A stretch of 64,000 nucleotides of DNA, from assembly GCA_964016885.1 (NCBI GenBank), contig CAXHJY010000046.1, forward strand, positions 111,373 through 175,372. Direction: 5' to 3'. The DNA is from Eledone cirrhosa (Eukaryota). The notes under the pieces were generated by a model. The model was not told where the DNA came from and did no database searches. It saw nothing but the letters and a program-made list of their open reading frames with translations. How positions within the stretch are numbered: the first letter of the stretch is position 1; each line of letters starts with the position of its first letter. The position numbers and the translations under genes were made by a program. Shown here piece after piece: positions 30,001 to 40,862 of the stretch.

Positions 30001-33000
30001 TATCATGGTCTCAGACTCTCTAATGGTACTGCCACTCATTGTCTCAGACTCTCTAATGATACTGCCAATCATGGTCTTAGACTCACTAATGATATTGCCA
30101 ATCAAGGTCTAAGACTCTCTAATGATACTGCCAATCATGGTCTCAGACTCTCTAATGATACTGCCAATAATGGTCTCAGACTCTCTAATGATACTGCCAA
30201 TCATGGTCTCAGACTCTCTAATGATATATGCCAATCAAGGTCTCAGACTCTCTAATGGTACTGCCAATCATGATCTCAGACTCTCTAATGATACTGCCAA
30301 TCATGGTCTAGAGACTCTCTAATGATACTTCCAATCAAGGTCTTAGACTCCCTAATGATACTGCCAATCATGGTCTCAGACTCTCTAATGGTACTGCCAA
30401 TCATGGTCTAGAGACTCTCTAATGATACTGCCAATTATGGTCTTAGACTCTCTAATGATACTGCCAATCATTGTCTCAGACTCTCTAATGGTACTGCCAA
30501 TCATGGTCTCAGACTCTCTAATGGTACTGCCAATATGGTCTCATACTCTCTGATGATACTGCCAATCATGGTCTCAGACTCTCTAATGGTACTGCCAATA
30601 ATGGTCTAGAGACTCTCTAATGATACTGCCAATCATGGTCTTAGACTCTCTAATGGTACTGCCAATCATGGTCTCAGACTCTCTAATGGTACTGCCAATA
30701 TGGACTCAGACTCTCTAATGATACTGCCAATCATGGTCTCAGACTCTCTAATGATATATGCGAATCATGGTCTCTGACTCTCTAATGAAACTGCCAATCA
30801 TGGTCTCAGACTCTCTAATGGTACTGCAAATCATGGTCTCAGACTCTCTAATGAAACTGCCAATCATGGTCTTAGACTCTCTAATGGTACTGCCAATCAT
30901 GGTCTCAGACTCTCTAATGGTACTGCCAATATGGTCTCATACTCTCTCATGATAGTGCCAATCATGGTCTCAGACTCTCTAATGGTACTGCCAATAATGG
31001 TCTAGAGACTCTCTAATGATACTGCCAATCATGGTCTTAGACTCTCTTCTGGTACTGCCAATCATGGTCTCAGACTCTCTAATGGTACTGCCAATATGGA
31101 CGCAGACTCTCTAATGATACTGCCAATCATGGTCTCAGACTCTCTAATGATATATGCGAATCATGGTCTCTGACTCTCTAATGAAACTGCCAATCATGGT
31201 CTCAGACTCTCTAATGATACTGCCAATCATTGTCTCTGACTGTCTAATGATACTGCCAATCATGGTATCAGACTCTCTAATGATACTGCCAATCATGGTC
31301 TCAGACTCTCTAATGATACTGCCAATCATGGTCTCAGACTCTCTAATGGTACTGCCAATCAAGGTCTCAGACTCTCTAATGATACTGCCAATCATGGTCT
31401 CAGACTCTCTAATGGTACTGCCAATCATGGTCTAGAGACTCTCTGATGATACTGCCAAACATGGTCTTAGACTCTCTAATGATACTGCCAATCATGGTCT
31501 CAGACTCTCTAATGGTACTGCCAATCATGGTCTCAGACTCTCTAATGATACTGCCAATCATGGTCTTAGACTCTCTAATGATACTGCCAATCTTGGTCTC
31601 AGACTCTCTAATGATACTGCCAATCATGTTCTCAGACTCTCTAATGGTACTGTCAATCATGATCTCAGACTCTCTAATGATACTGCCCATAATGGTCTCA
31701 GACTCTCTAATGATATATGCCAATCATGGTCTCAGACTCTCTAATGGTACTGCCAATCATGATCTAAGACTCTCTAATGATATATGCGAATCATGGTCTC
31801 TGACTCTCTAATGATACTGCCAATCATGTTCTCAGACTCTCTAATGATACTGCAAACCATGGTCTCAGACTCTCTAATGGTACTGCCAATCATGGTCTCA
31901 TACTCTCTAATGATACTGCCAATCATGGTCTAGAGACTCTCTAATGATACTGCCAATCATGGTCTCTGACTCTCTAATGATACTGCCAATCATGGTCTCA
32001 GACTCTCTAATGATATATGCCAATCATGGGCTCAGACTCTCTAATGGTACTGCCAATCATGGTCTCAGACTCTCTAATGATACTGCCAATATGGTCTCAG
32101 ACTCTCTAATGATACTGCCAATATGGTCTCAGACTCTCTAATGATACTGCCAATCATGGTCTCAGACTCTCTAATGGTACTGCCAATCATGGTCTCAGAC
32201 TCTCTAGTGATACTGCCAATCATGGTCTCAGACTCTCGAATGGTACTGCCAATCATGGTCTCAGACTCTCTAATGGTACTGCCAATCATGGTCTAGAGGC
32301 TCTCTAATGATACTGCCAATCATGGTCTTAGACTCTCTAATGGTACTGCCAATCATGGTGTCAGACTCTCTAATGGTACTGCCAATCATTGTCTCAGACT
32401 CTCTTATGATACTGCCAATATGGTCTCAGACTCTCTAATGATACTGCCAATCATGGTCTCAGACTCTCTAGTGATACTGCCAATCATGGTCTCAAACTCT
32501 CTAATGATACTGCCAATCATGGTCTCAGACTCTCTAATGATACTGCCAATCATGGTTTCAGACTCTCTAATGGTACTGCCAATCATGGTCTCAGACTCTC
32601 TAATGATACTGCCAATCATGGTTTCAGACTCTCTAATGGTACTGCCAATCATGGTCTCAGACTCTCTAATGATACTGCCAATCATGGTTTCAGACTCTCT
32701 AATGGTACTGCCAATCATGGTCTAGAGACTCTCTAATGATACTGCCAATCATGGTCTTAGACTCTCTAATGACACTGCCAATCATGGTCTCAGACTCTCT
32801 AATGGTACTGCCAATCATGGTCTAGAGACTCTCTAATGATACTGCCAATCATGGTCTCAGACTCTCTAATGATACTGCCAATCATGGTTTCAGACTCTCT
32901 AATGGTACTGCCAATCATGGTCTAGAGACTCTCTAATGATACTGCCAATCATGGTCTTAGTCTCTCTAATGATACTGCCAATCATGGTCTCCGACTCTCC

Positions 33001-33010
33001 AATCATGGCC
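1..33010. repeat. 33-bp tandem satellite array (consensus ACTCTCTAATGATACTGCCAATCATGGTCTCAG), about 1,000 monomers, running off the left edge of the window
   Basis: Uninterrupted head-to-tail monomers. Recurrent 34-bp variants (GGTCTAGAGACT, GATATATGCC) and 32-bp variants (CCAATATGG). Array ends at CCGACTCTCCAATCATGGCCAATCC near 33,010. Confidence 0.99.
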
Positions 33011-33019
33011 AATCCACCG

Positions 33020-33060
33020 AATAATAATAACAACAACAATACTACTATCAATAATAATTA
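33020..33060. repeat. Degenerate (AAT)n/(AAC)n tract at the satellite boundary
   Basis: ATAATAATAACAACAACAATACTACTATCAATAATAATTA. Confidence 0.8.
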
Positions 33061-34560
33061 TCTATAATTTTTAAGAAAGAGAAAAGCCAATAAAATCGGT
33101 CTCGGGAGATTGAAAGGCAAATGTCGCGACATTGTGCAAGTGATAACAAGAATTACAATATAGAACAGTCCTTAATTACGAAGACAGCTAGCTAGATCCA
33201 ATTAAGGTAACCAATAGACCCAACATTATCATCACCAATAAGTGAAAGTGTTTTATTTCCACTGTTCTTTCCGCTGTTGTTTCCTACTGGCACATTCTTA
33301 GTATTGGTCTGTTCACTTGGCCCTTGTTCAAAACTCACCCACAAAAATTTACTCGGGTGGGGTGCAGCCGATTCCTCTCCACTATCCACTTATTTCCAAG
33401 TAAGATTTGTAAAAGTTTGAGGCCCTGGTCAAAGAGGAATGTGTCTGCTTTCAGTCCATTTAGTAGCAGCCAGTACACAACGTTTTTGGTTACATACTGG
33501 GGATAACTGTCTGTAATCAGTAATGTTGTGGAGCGTTATTAATAAGAGACTTGGCTGCTAGCTGGAGCACTCCTACACATGATGGCGGATGTTTGATAAC
33601 ATTTTGGTGTAAGATGTGTTGTCACCAATTTGGTTGAAGATGTAAATTCCAATTTAGCGGAGAAGTATATTTCAGAAGTTGGTAAGGTTGCCACGAGTAA
33701 CCAGGTTTGGTAGAAAGATATAGTAGGAATATCGACAACGACTTTTAGCTTGGTTTTACATTATTTATTAACAGAGGTTGAGCTGGCGTGCCAAGAGAAA
33801 TAAAATAATTCAATTAAGATTACAAGAGAAAATACGGTCGACTGGCTGAAGGCGTTTAGCCAGCTCCGTAGGAATGTTTTGTCTTTACATATTGTTTGCG
33901 CTGGCGGAGCAAAAGAACAAGCGGTGTTTACTTAGCATGGTCAAGCCTGGGAGTCATCTAGCCTGGAAGTGGTGGCGTCCTCAAATCTTTGCGGCCTATT
34001 TCTCCCTCAGAACGCGTAGGGATACATCCTCTTCTACTGGCGCTGATTGGCTGAGCTGAGCCAAATCACGCACAGAGAATGTATGTGAGCCCGCGAAATG
34101 TAGGTCACTACAACATAAACAGCAAAGTTAGGATGCTATGTGAGTTGGTACGGAACAGATCACATCTTTGCCTGCTCAGGTTTCAATGCCTGGCTAATTT
34201 GTTTTTAACCTGCAATCATCCCTTGTAACACTGCGTGTGCAGGTATTTCTGAAAGTCTATTGTCTCCCGGCCAAACTTTCTCCAGCCAGTTCACTCCAGT
34301 CGACGTTTAGACCTTCCTCGATAATATCGTTATTTTTAAGCAGCACTAATCTACTATAGAATATTAACACCGTCGTTCCACTTCAGTATCTGACAATATT
34401 CCAGACGCCAATCACCCAGTCTTTGTCTTCGCTTAATGCAGTACTGTGGCTTCCTCAAAGAAACGAGCTATGCAAGAATGTGCCTGGTAAAAGGTGACCA
34501 TCCCTGCACTAGGAACGTTTTAGATATATTTATCCTGTTATATCTAACCCCGTATTCATA
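33061..34560 (-). mobile_element. Old, decayed Tx1/L1-type retrotransposon: ORF2 C-terminal part and 3' UTR
   Basis: Hand translation of the minus strand gives WSPFTRHILA*LVSL, WRLEY, FYSRLV..NDIIEEGLNVD, FQKYLHTQCYKG, KNVVYWLLLNGLKADTFLFDQGL and VNRPILRMCQ*. These are collinear with WSPFARHVFPQLVSL, FYRGLV..DDVLGETLGVD, FQKSLAWQCYRG, KEIVWWTRLKGLKASTYLFGDAL and MNGPSLSMCL* in the young copies. About 400 bp of extra sequence lies in the middle. Confidence 0.75.
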
Positions 34561-34567
34561 ACAGTAA

Positions 34568-34638
<71 letters not shown>

Positions 34639-34657
34639 TAATAATAATAATAATAAT
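34568..34657. repeat. (AAT)n microsatellite
   Basis: About 30 AAT units with one AAC interruption. Confidence 0.99.
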
Positions 34658-34758
34658 GTTTTCTTTATTAACCACAAGGGTTCACATAAAGTAGACATTA
34701 AGGACAGTACAGGACAATACAGGACGGTACAAATGGGCATTTCTGCGTGTAAAAAAAC
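34658..34758 (-). mobile_element. 101-bp 3'-terminal stub of the young Tx1-type element
   Basis: Nearly identical to 40,618-40,719; flanked by (AAT)n on both sides. Confidence 0.95.

Positions 34759-34791
<33 letters not shown>
34759..34791. repeat. (AAT)11 microsatellite
   Basis: Pure AAT run between the Tx1 stub and the R4-type copy. Confidence 0.98.
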
Positions 34792-35800
34792 CTGAGGGTG
34801 GAAGAGGTCTCATCAGCATAGAGGACTGTGTTCAGATGGAGAAAAACAACCTATACAAATACGTGACTGATGGTAAGGAGCCAATGCTCAGAACTGTACT
34901 GAAGGAGGGGACAGTAGGCCAGGGGATGTCCAAGGAGGAAATAACATCAAGGAGAAAGAGCAGCCTTCAGGGAAAATCCCTTCATAGTACCTTCTTTGAG
35001 AAAACTGAATTTAGAGATCCACAGACATGGAACTGGTTGAGAAGAGAAGACCTCAAAAAGGCTACAGAAGGAATGTTAACGGCTGCGCAGGAGCAGGCCC
35101 TCAAAACGAAGTGGTTGAAACACCATATTTACAAGGAGGAGGCTAGCCCACTGTGCAGGATCTGTGGAGAGAGAGAGGAGACTGTGGTTCACATTGTATC
35201 CGAGTGTAAACACCTAGCCCAGACCCACTATAAGGGCTGGAGACATGATGTGATGGGCAGGGTGATCCACTGGCACCTGTGCAAAGTAAACAATTTACCA
35301 CATTCTGAGAAATGGTATGAGCATAGGCCAGAGGCGGTGATGGAGAGCGATCAGGTGAAGGTGCTGTGGGATTTTAGGATACAGACGGACAAGAAACTGG
35401 AACACAATTGACCTGACCTGGTGGTTGTGGACAAAGAAAAACGATCGTGTCTGATAGTGGATGTGGCCTGCCCATTCGACACGAGAGTGCAAGAGAAGGA
35501 GAGGGAGAAAATTAACCGATACCAGGACTTAAAGTGGGAGGTAAAAAGGATTTGGAACTGCCATGAAGTCAAAGTGATCCCGATTGTCATAGGCGCACTG
35601 GGGACTATCTCCAAAAGTTTCCAGGGATGGTTAAAGAAAATCGGCCCCTTCACGCTTTTTGGAACGCTTCAAAAGGCATGCTTGCTGGGAACAGCAAGAA
35701 CCCTCCGATACGTCCTGAATATCTGAGGCTGCAGGTAGTGGCTTGATATTCATTCCAACGGACTTTCCAGTTAACCAACATCAATGACTGAGATTCAAGG
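34792..35800 (+). mobile_element. 5'-truncated R4/Dong-type non-LTR retrotransposon, family A
   Basis: Collinear with 39,525-40,533 (both 1,009 bp, few substitutions). Has CCHC finger CRICGEREETVVHIVSEC, RHD and PD..D..K RLE motifs. Ends CAAGG followed by (AAT)3 and an AAG run. Confidence 0.95.
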
Positions 35801-36069
35801 AATAATAATAAGAAGAAGAAGAAGGAGAAGAAGACGCACGAGGTGGTAGAAGGTCATGAAATCGCTCCCGTAAGTTTTGAATTTTTAACATATTTAAATC
35901 ATTTGTGAAATAACAACTCTTAGTACAAATGCTACGTAAAGCATCCGTCTTGAGCCCCAAAAAAATTCGGACCCCAAATATATTGTTATAAGGCTCAAAT
36001 ATTCAAATATTCAACTTTGTATTGTACATTGTATATTCAAAAAAGAAAATGGCTATAAATGGAAGAAGA

Positions 36070-36560
36070 ACCCCCCCCCCCCACCTCCTCTGTCTACACT
36101 ATATAGAACAGCCAAACAACACCAATCTCACCAACACCAGAAAATAGATACACCACCTACCCCATCACCTCTCTGTGTACACTAAACACAACAGCCAGAT
36201 AACGGCAATTTCACCACCACCGCAACCAATCTCAACATAATAAGGATAATAATAAATACTATTATTATTGTCCCAAGTCTTAACAAAATGTTTAATCCCA
36301 ACATTAAGGGAACTTAGGTCAACACATATACGCGACTAACCCCATAGATTCACCGAACGGACATCAGTCCTTCATTGCTACCACCGCTACAACACCATCA
36401 CTACTGCCATCATTACTACCACTATCCCATCACCGCCGCCACCACTCCTTCATTGCTACCACCGCTACAACACCATCACTACAGTAATACGATCACATCA
36501 CCACCACCACTGCCTCGGTATCGACATCACCACCACCACTGTCTCAGTATCGCTACCGCC
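36070..36560. repeat. C/A-rich low-complexity region with two short direct duplications
   Basis: Imperfect ~80-bp duplication near 36,080 and 36,163. TCCTTCATTGCTACCACCGCTACAACACCATCACTAC occurs at 36,368 and 36,446. Confidence 0.7.
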
Positions 36561-36931
36561 GCTATTCTCTCCCATTGCTTCCTGCTAGTTGCTGCCAACA
36601 CATTATAGAATTCCTACTAAAAAAGAGGAAGGCATCAAAATATATAGATTGACTCAAAAGAAAAAAGAAAAAACAAACATCAAAACCAAAGCAGCACAGC
36701 AACAACAGCAAAAAACGAGAAAAACAAACAGAGAAAAAAAAAAAAAAAAAAAACGTAAAGAAAATAAGAATGAAGAGAGAAACAACCGGACGGACAGAGA
36801 AGAGAAGGGAAAAACTAAGTCAGACATTCGAACACTACATTACAATGAAACTTATGCTTATTCATTTTTGGGTTTTTTTCTGCCTGTGTGTTTGTTTGTT
36901 TATTTGTGTTCGTCTACAGCGTGGTGATAAT

Positions 36932-37065
36932 GCCACACAAGAGCCAAGTGGAGCGGCGCAACCACCGGAGACGGTGAATCCACAGATGGCTATGTAACCA
37001 TACATTCGCCAATCCTCGATAAGAGTGTTTAAATATCGAACCTAAACAGTTCGAATAACGGTGAA
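36932..37065 (+). ncRNA. Structured 5' UTR; candidate degenerate HDV-like ribozyme
   Basis: TTCGCC/GGTGAA (P2-like), TCCTCG (L3-like) and the TCGAAC/GTTCGA hairpin (P4-like). Upstream nested stems AGCCA/TGGCT, GTGGA/TCCAC and CACCG-GAGA-CGGTG. P3, P1.1 and the catalytic C do not fit well. Confidence 0.4.
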
Positions 37066-40000
37066 ATGGAGACTAGAACGTCATGTGACAGACTCTCACC
37101 CAACAGGTGCTCCCTGGCTCAGCAGCAGGAACCTGACTGTCAACCAAATACTGCTGGTGTTGGAGGAAGAAGAAGAAGGAAAGGGGCCAGAACCAACTGG
37201 ACGAAAGAATTGAATAGAACTGTTATGCAATGTTACCTGAAAAGTAACCCCAAGGAATAAAGGTTATAGGAGACGGATGCATAACATCTGGAACGAGATT
37301 GGTCTATTTAAATTAGATGAACAAAAATTGGCCGGGCAGGCTCCGGTAATAAGAACTAATGGGTGGATAAGCGAGCTGGAACTGGAGGAACTGAGCAGAG
37401 AGAATAGCTTGGAGATGGAGGGTGTAGTATGCCAGACAAACGAGCCAGTGGGAAATGATGGTGAAGAGGTCGAGAGAACGGAGGAACCACCCGAAGCAGA
37501 CAATGATCTGAATACTGAGATAAATAATACCTTGAACAGAGATACGGCCACTGAGGAGATGAATGCTGACGGGCTAGGACAAGATTCGGTTGACATCCTA
37601 AATTTAGTGGTAGATGAATTGAACAATGATAGTGGGAGACCTATGAACCTAAGATTTGTAGACAGGAAAAAGTTAAAAGAAACAACAGCTAAGGTAAACA
37701 AAGTCATCCCATACCTTGAAGCGAGGAGCCTTCACCAGTGCAACAATATCCTCAAAGCAACATCAAATACGGTGAGGAAACTACTTGGTATAAAAGCGAG
37801 AGGAAACAACAGACAAGAAAGAGCAGAGCCTTGGTGGAAGAAACGACTGAGTGGTCAAATCAAGGAAATGAGAAATGACATAGGAATGCTTGAGTCACTA
37901 CTGAATGGGACACTAAAAAACATAGGCACTAAAAATAGACTGGAAATAAAGTACAAAACTAGGAGGAAAAAGCTAAATATTATCATAGAGGAACTGAAGC
38001 AACGCATTGTAGCAAAGAGTGCAAAAATCAGGCGATACGAGAACAGAGTCAGTCAGTATAGACAGAACCGCATGTTTGACAACAACCAGAAGATGCTGTT
38101 TGGACAGCTTGAGGGGAAAGAAAGAGGCAACGACTTGATCCCTGGGGCGGAACAAACTAAAACATTCTGGAGAGGAATATGGGAGCAGGATGTTAGACAT
38201 AATGACCAGGCAGGGTGGATTGAGACAGTACAGAGGGAGATCGGTGAGCAGGCACACCAACAAACTGATTTGAGTATCACAGTTGAAACTCTTAAGGGGC
38301 AGGCCAAAAAACTAACCAACTGGAAATCACCAGGCCCAGATGGTGTGCAGGGGTATTGGATTAAAAATTTAACATCCCTCCACCCGAAACTGACGGCCAT
38401 GTTCAATGACTGCTTGGTGTCGGGTGAGGTGCCAGAGTGGTTGACAAAAGGTACCACAGTTCTGATAATGAAAGACCGAATCAAGGGTAATGATGTTACC
38501 AACTATAGACCTATCACATGTCTGTCCGTAATGTGGAAACTGTTGACGAGCATTGTGTCTGAGGAAATCTACCATCACCTCCACACAAACAACTTGTTAC
38601 CGGACGAACAGAAAGGATGCCGAAAGAAGTCACGTGGTACAAAGGACCAGTTACTTATAGATAAGATGGTAATGGGGAATTGCAGGAGGAGACACACTGA
38701 TCTTGCCATGGGATGGATAGACTACAGAAAGGCATTTGACATGGTGCCTCATTCTTGGATCACCAAAAGCCTGGAGATCTTCAAGGTGGCAGATAACATC
38801 AGACAGTTGCTGGGCAGGAGTATGGGGTCCTGGGAGACAGAGTTGACATCAACTGGAGAATCCTTGGGAAGCGTGAAGATCAAGAGAGGTATCTTCCAGG
38901 GAGATAGCCTGTCCCCTCTGTTGTTTGTCCTTACCCTGATGCCCTTGACCATTATGCTGCGAAAAGTGAGAGCAGGATACAAGTTGGGAAAGGGAGAGCT
39001 TACCATCAATCACCTCCTCTTCATGGATTATCTTAAGCTCTTCGGGAAGAGTGAGAAGGAGTTGGATGTGCTTGTTGACACTGTCCGTATTTTCAGCAGT
39101 GATATATGTATGCAGTTTGGTATTAGTAAGTGTGGAGTCATTGTGATGAGGAGGGGTAGGTTGAGCAGAAGTAACGGAATCCAGATACCAACAGGTGAGA
39201 TGATAAAGGAAATTGACTCTGAGGAAGGATACAAGTATTTGGGCGTTCTGGAGGCTGATGGCATAAAGAACAAAAAAATGAAGGAATTGTTAACAACTGA
39301 ATACATTCGGGGAGTAAGGAGCATATTGAAGTCACATCTGAACAGCAGAAATGCCATAAACGCAGTAAATTCCCGAGTTGTGTCCATTATTAGGTACAGT
39401 GCGGGAATTCTGAGATGGAATGTTGCTGAACAAAAAGAAATGGATAGGAAGACTAGGAAGCTATTGACTATCTACAACATGTTCCACAAGAGGAGTGATG
39501 TCAATAGACTCTACCTAAGGAGATCTGAGGGTGGAAGGGGTCTCATCAGCATAGAGGACTGTGTTCAGATGGAGAAAAACAACCTATACAAATACGTGAC
39601 TGATAGTAAGGAGCCAATGCTCAGAACTGTACTGAAGGAGGGGACAGTAGGCCAGGGGATGTCCAAGGAGGAAATAACATCAAGGAGAAAGAGCAGCCTT
39701 CAGGGAAGATCCCTTCATAGTACCTTCTTTGAGAAAACTGAATTTAGAGATCCACAGACATGGAACTGGTTGAGAAGAGGAGACCTCAAAAAGGCTACAG
39801 AAGGAATGCTAATGGCTGCGCAGGAGCAGGCCCTCAAAACGAAGTGGTTGAAACACCATATTTACAAGGAGGAGGCTAGCCCACTGTGCAGGATCTGTGG
39901 AGAGAGAGAGGAGACTGTGGCTCACATTGTATCCGAGTGTAAACACCTAGCCCAGACCCACTATAAGGGCTGGAGACATGATGTGATGGGCAGGGTGATC

Positions 40001-40459
40001 CACTGGCACCTGTGCAAAGTAAACAATTTACCACATTCTGAGAAATGGTATGAGCATAGGCCAGAGGCGGTGATGGAGAGCGATCAGGTGAAGGTGCTGT
40101 GGGATTTTAGGATACAGACGGACAAGAAACTGGAACACAATTGACCTGACCTGGTGGTTGTGGACAAAGAAAAAAGATCGTGCCTGATAGTGGATGTGGC
40201 CTGCCCATTCGACACGAGAGTGGAAGAGAAGGAGAGGGAGAATATTAACCGATACCAGGACTTAAAGTGGGAAGTAAAAAGGATTTGGAAATGCCATGAA
40301 GTCAAAGTGATCCCGATTGTCATAGGCGCACTGGGGACTATCTCCAAAAGTTTCCAGGGATGGTTAAAGAAAATCGGCCCCATCACGCTTTTTGGAACGC
40401 TTCAAAAGGCTTGCTTGCTGGGAACAGCAAGAACCCTCCGATACGTCCTGAATATCTGA
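37066..40459 (+). pseudogene. Disrupted R4-type RT/RLE polyprotein
   Basis: Three ORF pieces: 37,066-37,260, 37,277-40,144 and 40,154-40,459. Frameshift near 37,260. RT active site reads FMDY instead of FMDD (39,020-39,031). TGA replaces the Arg of the endonuclease RPD motif at 40,142-40,144. Confidence 0.93.
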
Positions 40460-40532
40460 GGCTGCAGGTAGTGGCTTGATATTCATTCCAACGGACTTTC
40501 CAGTTAACCAACATCAATGACAGAGATTCAAG

Positions 40533-40533
<1 letters not shown>

Positions 40534-40617
<84 letters not shown>
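40534..40617. repeat. (AAT)28 shared by the 3' ends of R4-A (+) and Tx1 (-)
   Basis: Pure AAT run with an element 3' terminus on each side. Confidence 0.99.
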
Positions 40618-40618
<1 letters not shown>

Positions 40619-40862
40619 TTTTCTTTATTAACCACAAGGGTTTACATAAAGTAGACATTAAGGACAGTACAGGACAATACAGGACGGTACAAATGGGCAT
40701 TTCTGCGTGTAAAAAAAACAGAGGTTGAAATAAAATAACAAAGAAAAATTCCCCCAAAAAGGGGGAGACTTCCGAGGGACATTTGTGGAGAAAGCCCATT
40801 AAAAAACCACAGTGGCCCTGACCACCAGGGCAAGTGCCCTCTCCCAGTTTTCCACCTTTAAT

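Larger units (their letters stand above)
36932..40533 (+). mobile_element. Apparently full-length R4/Dong-clade non-LTR retrotransposon, family A (single ORF: RT, CCHC finger, restriction-like endonuclease); 5' boundary approximate
   Basis: RT motifs KSPGPDG, NYRPITCL, IDYRKAFD, GIFQGDSLSPLLF, YKYLG, RLYLRRSEGGRGL, followed by CCHC, RHD and PD-D-K. The 3' end joins directly to (AAT)28. Confidence 0.95.

Noticed and set aside
239-32725. Long 11-aa-repeat ORFs (MIGSIIRESET / MILPIMVSDSL) as a repetitive protein gene
   Set aside because: A 33-bp unit without stops in some frames gives ORFs on both strands automatically. Frequent 32- and 34-bp monomers break the frame, and there are no unique termini.
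1-33010. CRISPR array
   Set aside because: Repeats are contiguous with no unique spacers, there are no cas genes, and the context is eukaryotic
33070-33190. GPCR-like CLSISRDRFY peptide on the minus strand
   Set aside because: Short, flanked by stops and lying in the inferred 3' UTR of the old Tx1; chance match
33400-33570. pogo/Tigger DDE motifs (NNAPQH, FDQG) on the minus strand
   Set aside because: The same bases align better and collinearly with the C-terminus of Tx1 ORF2
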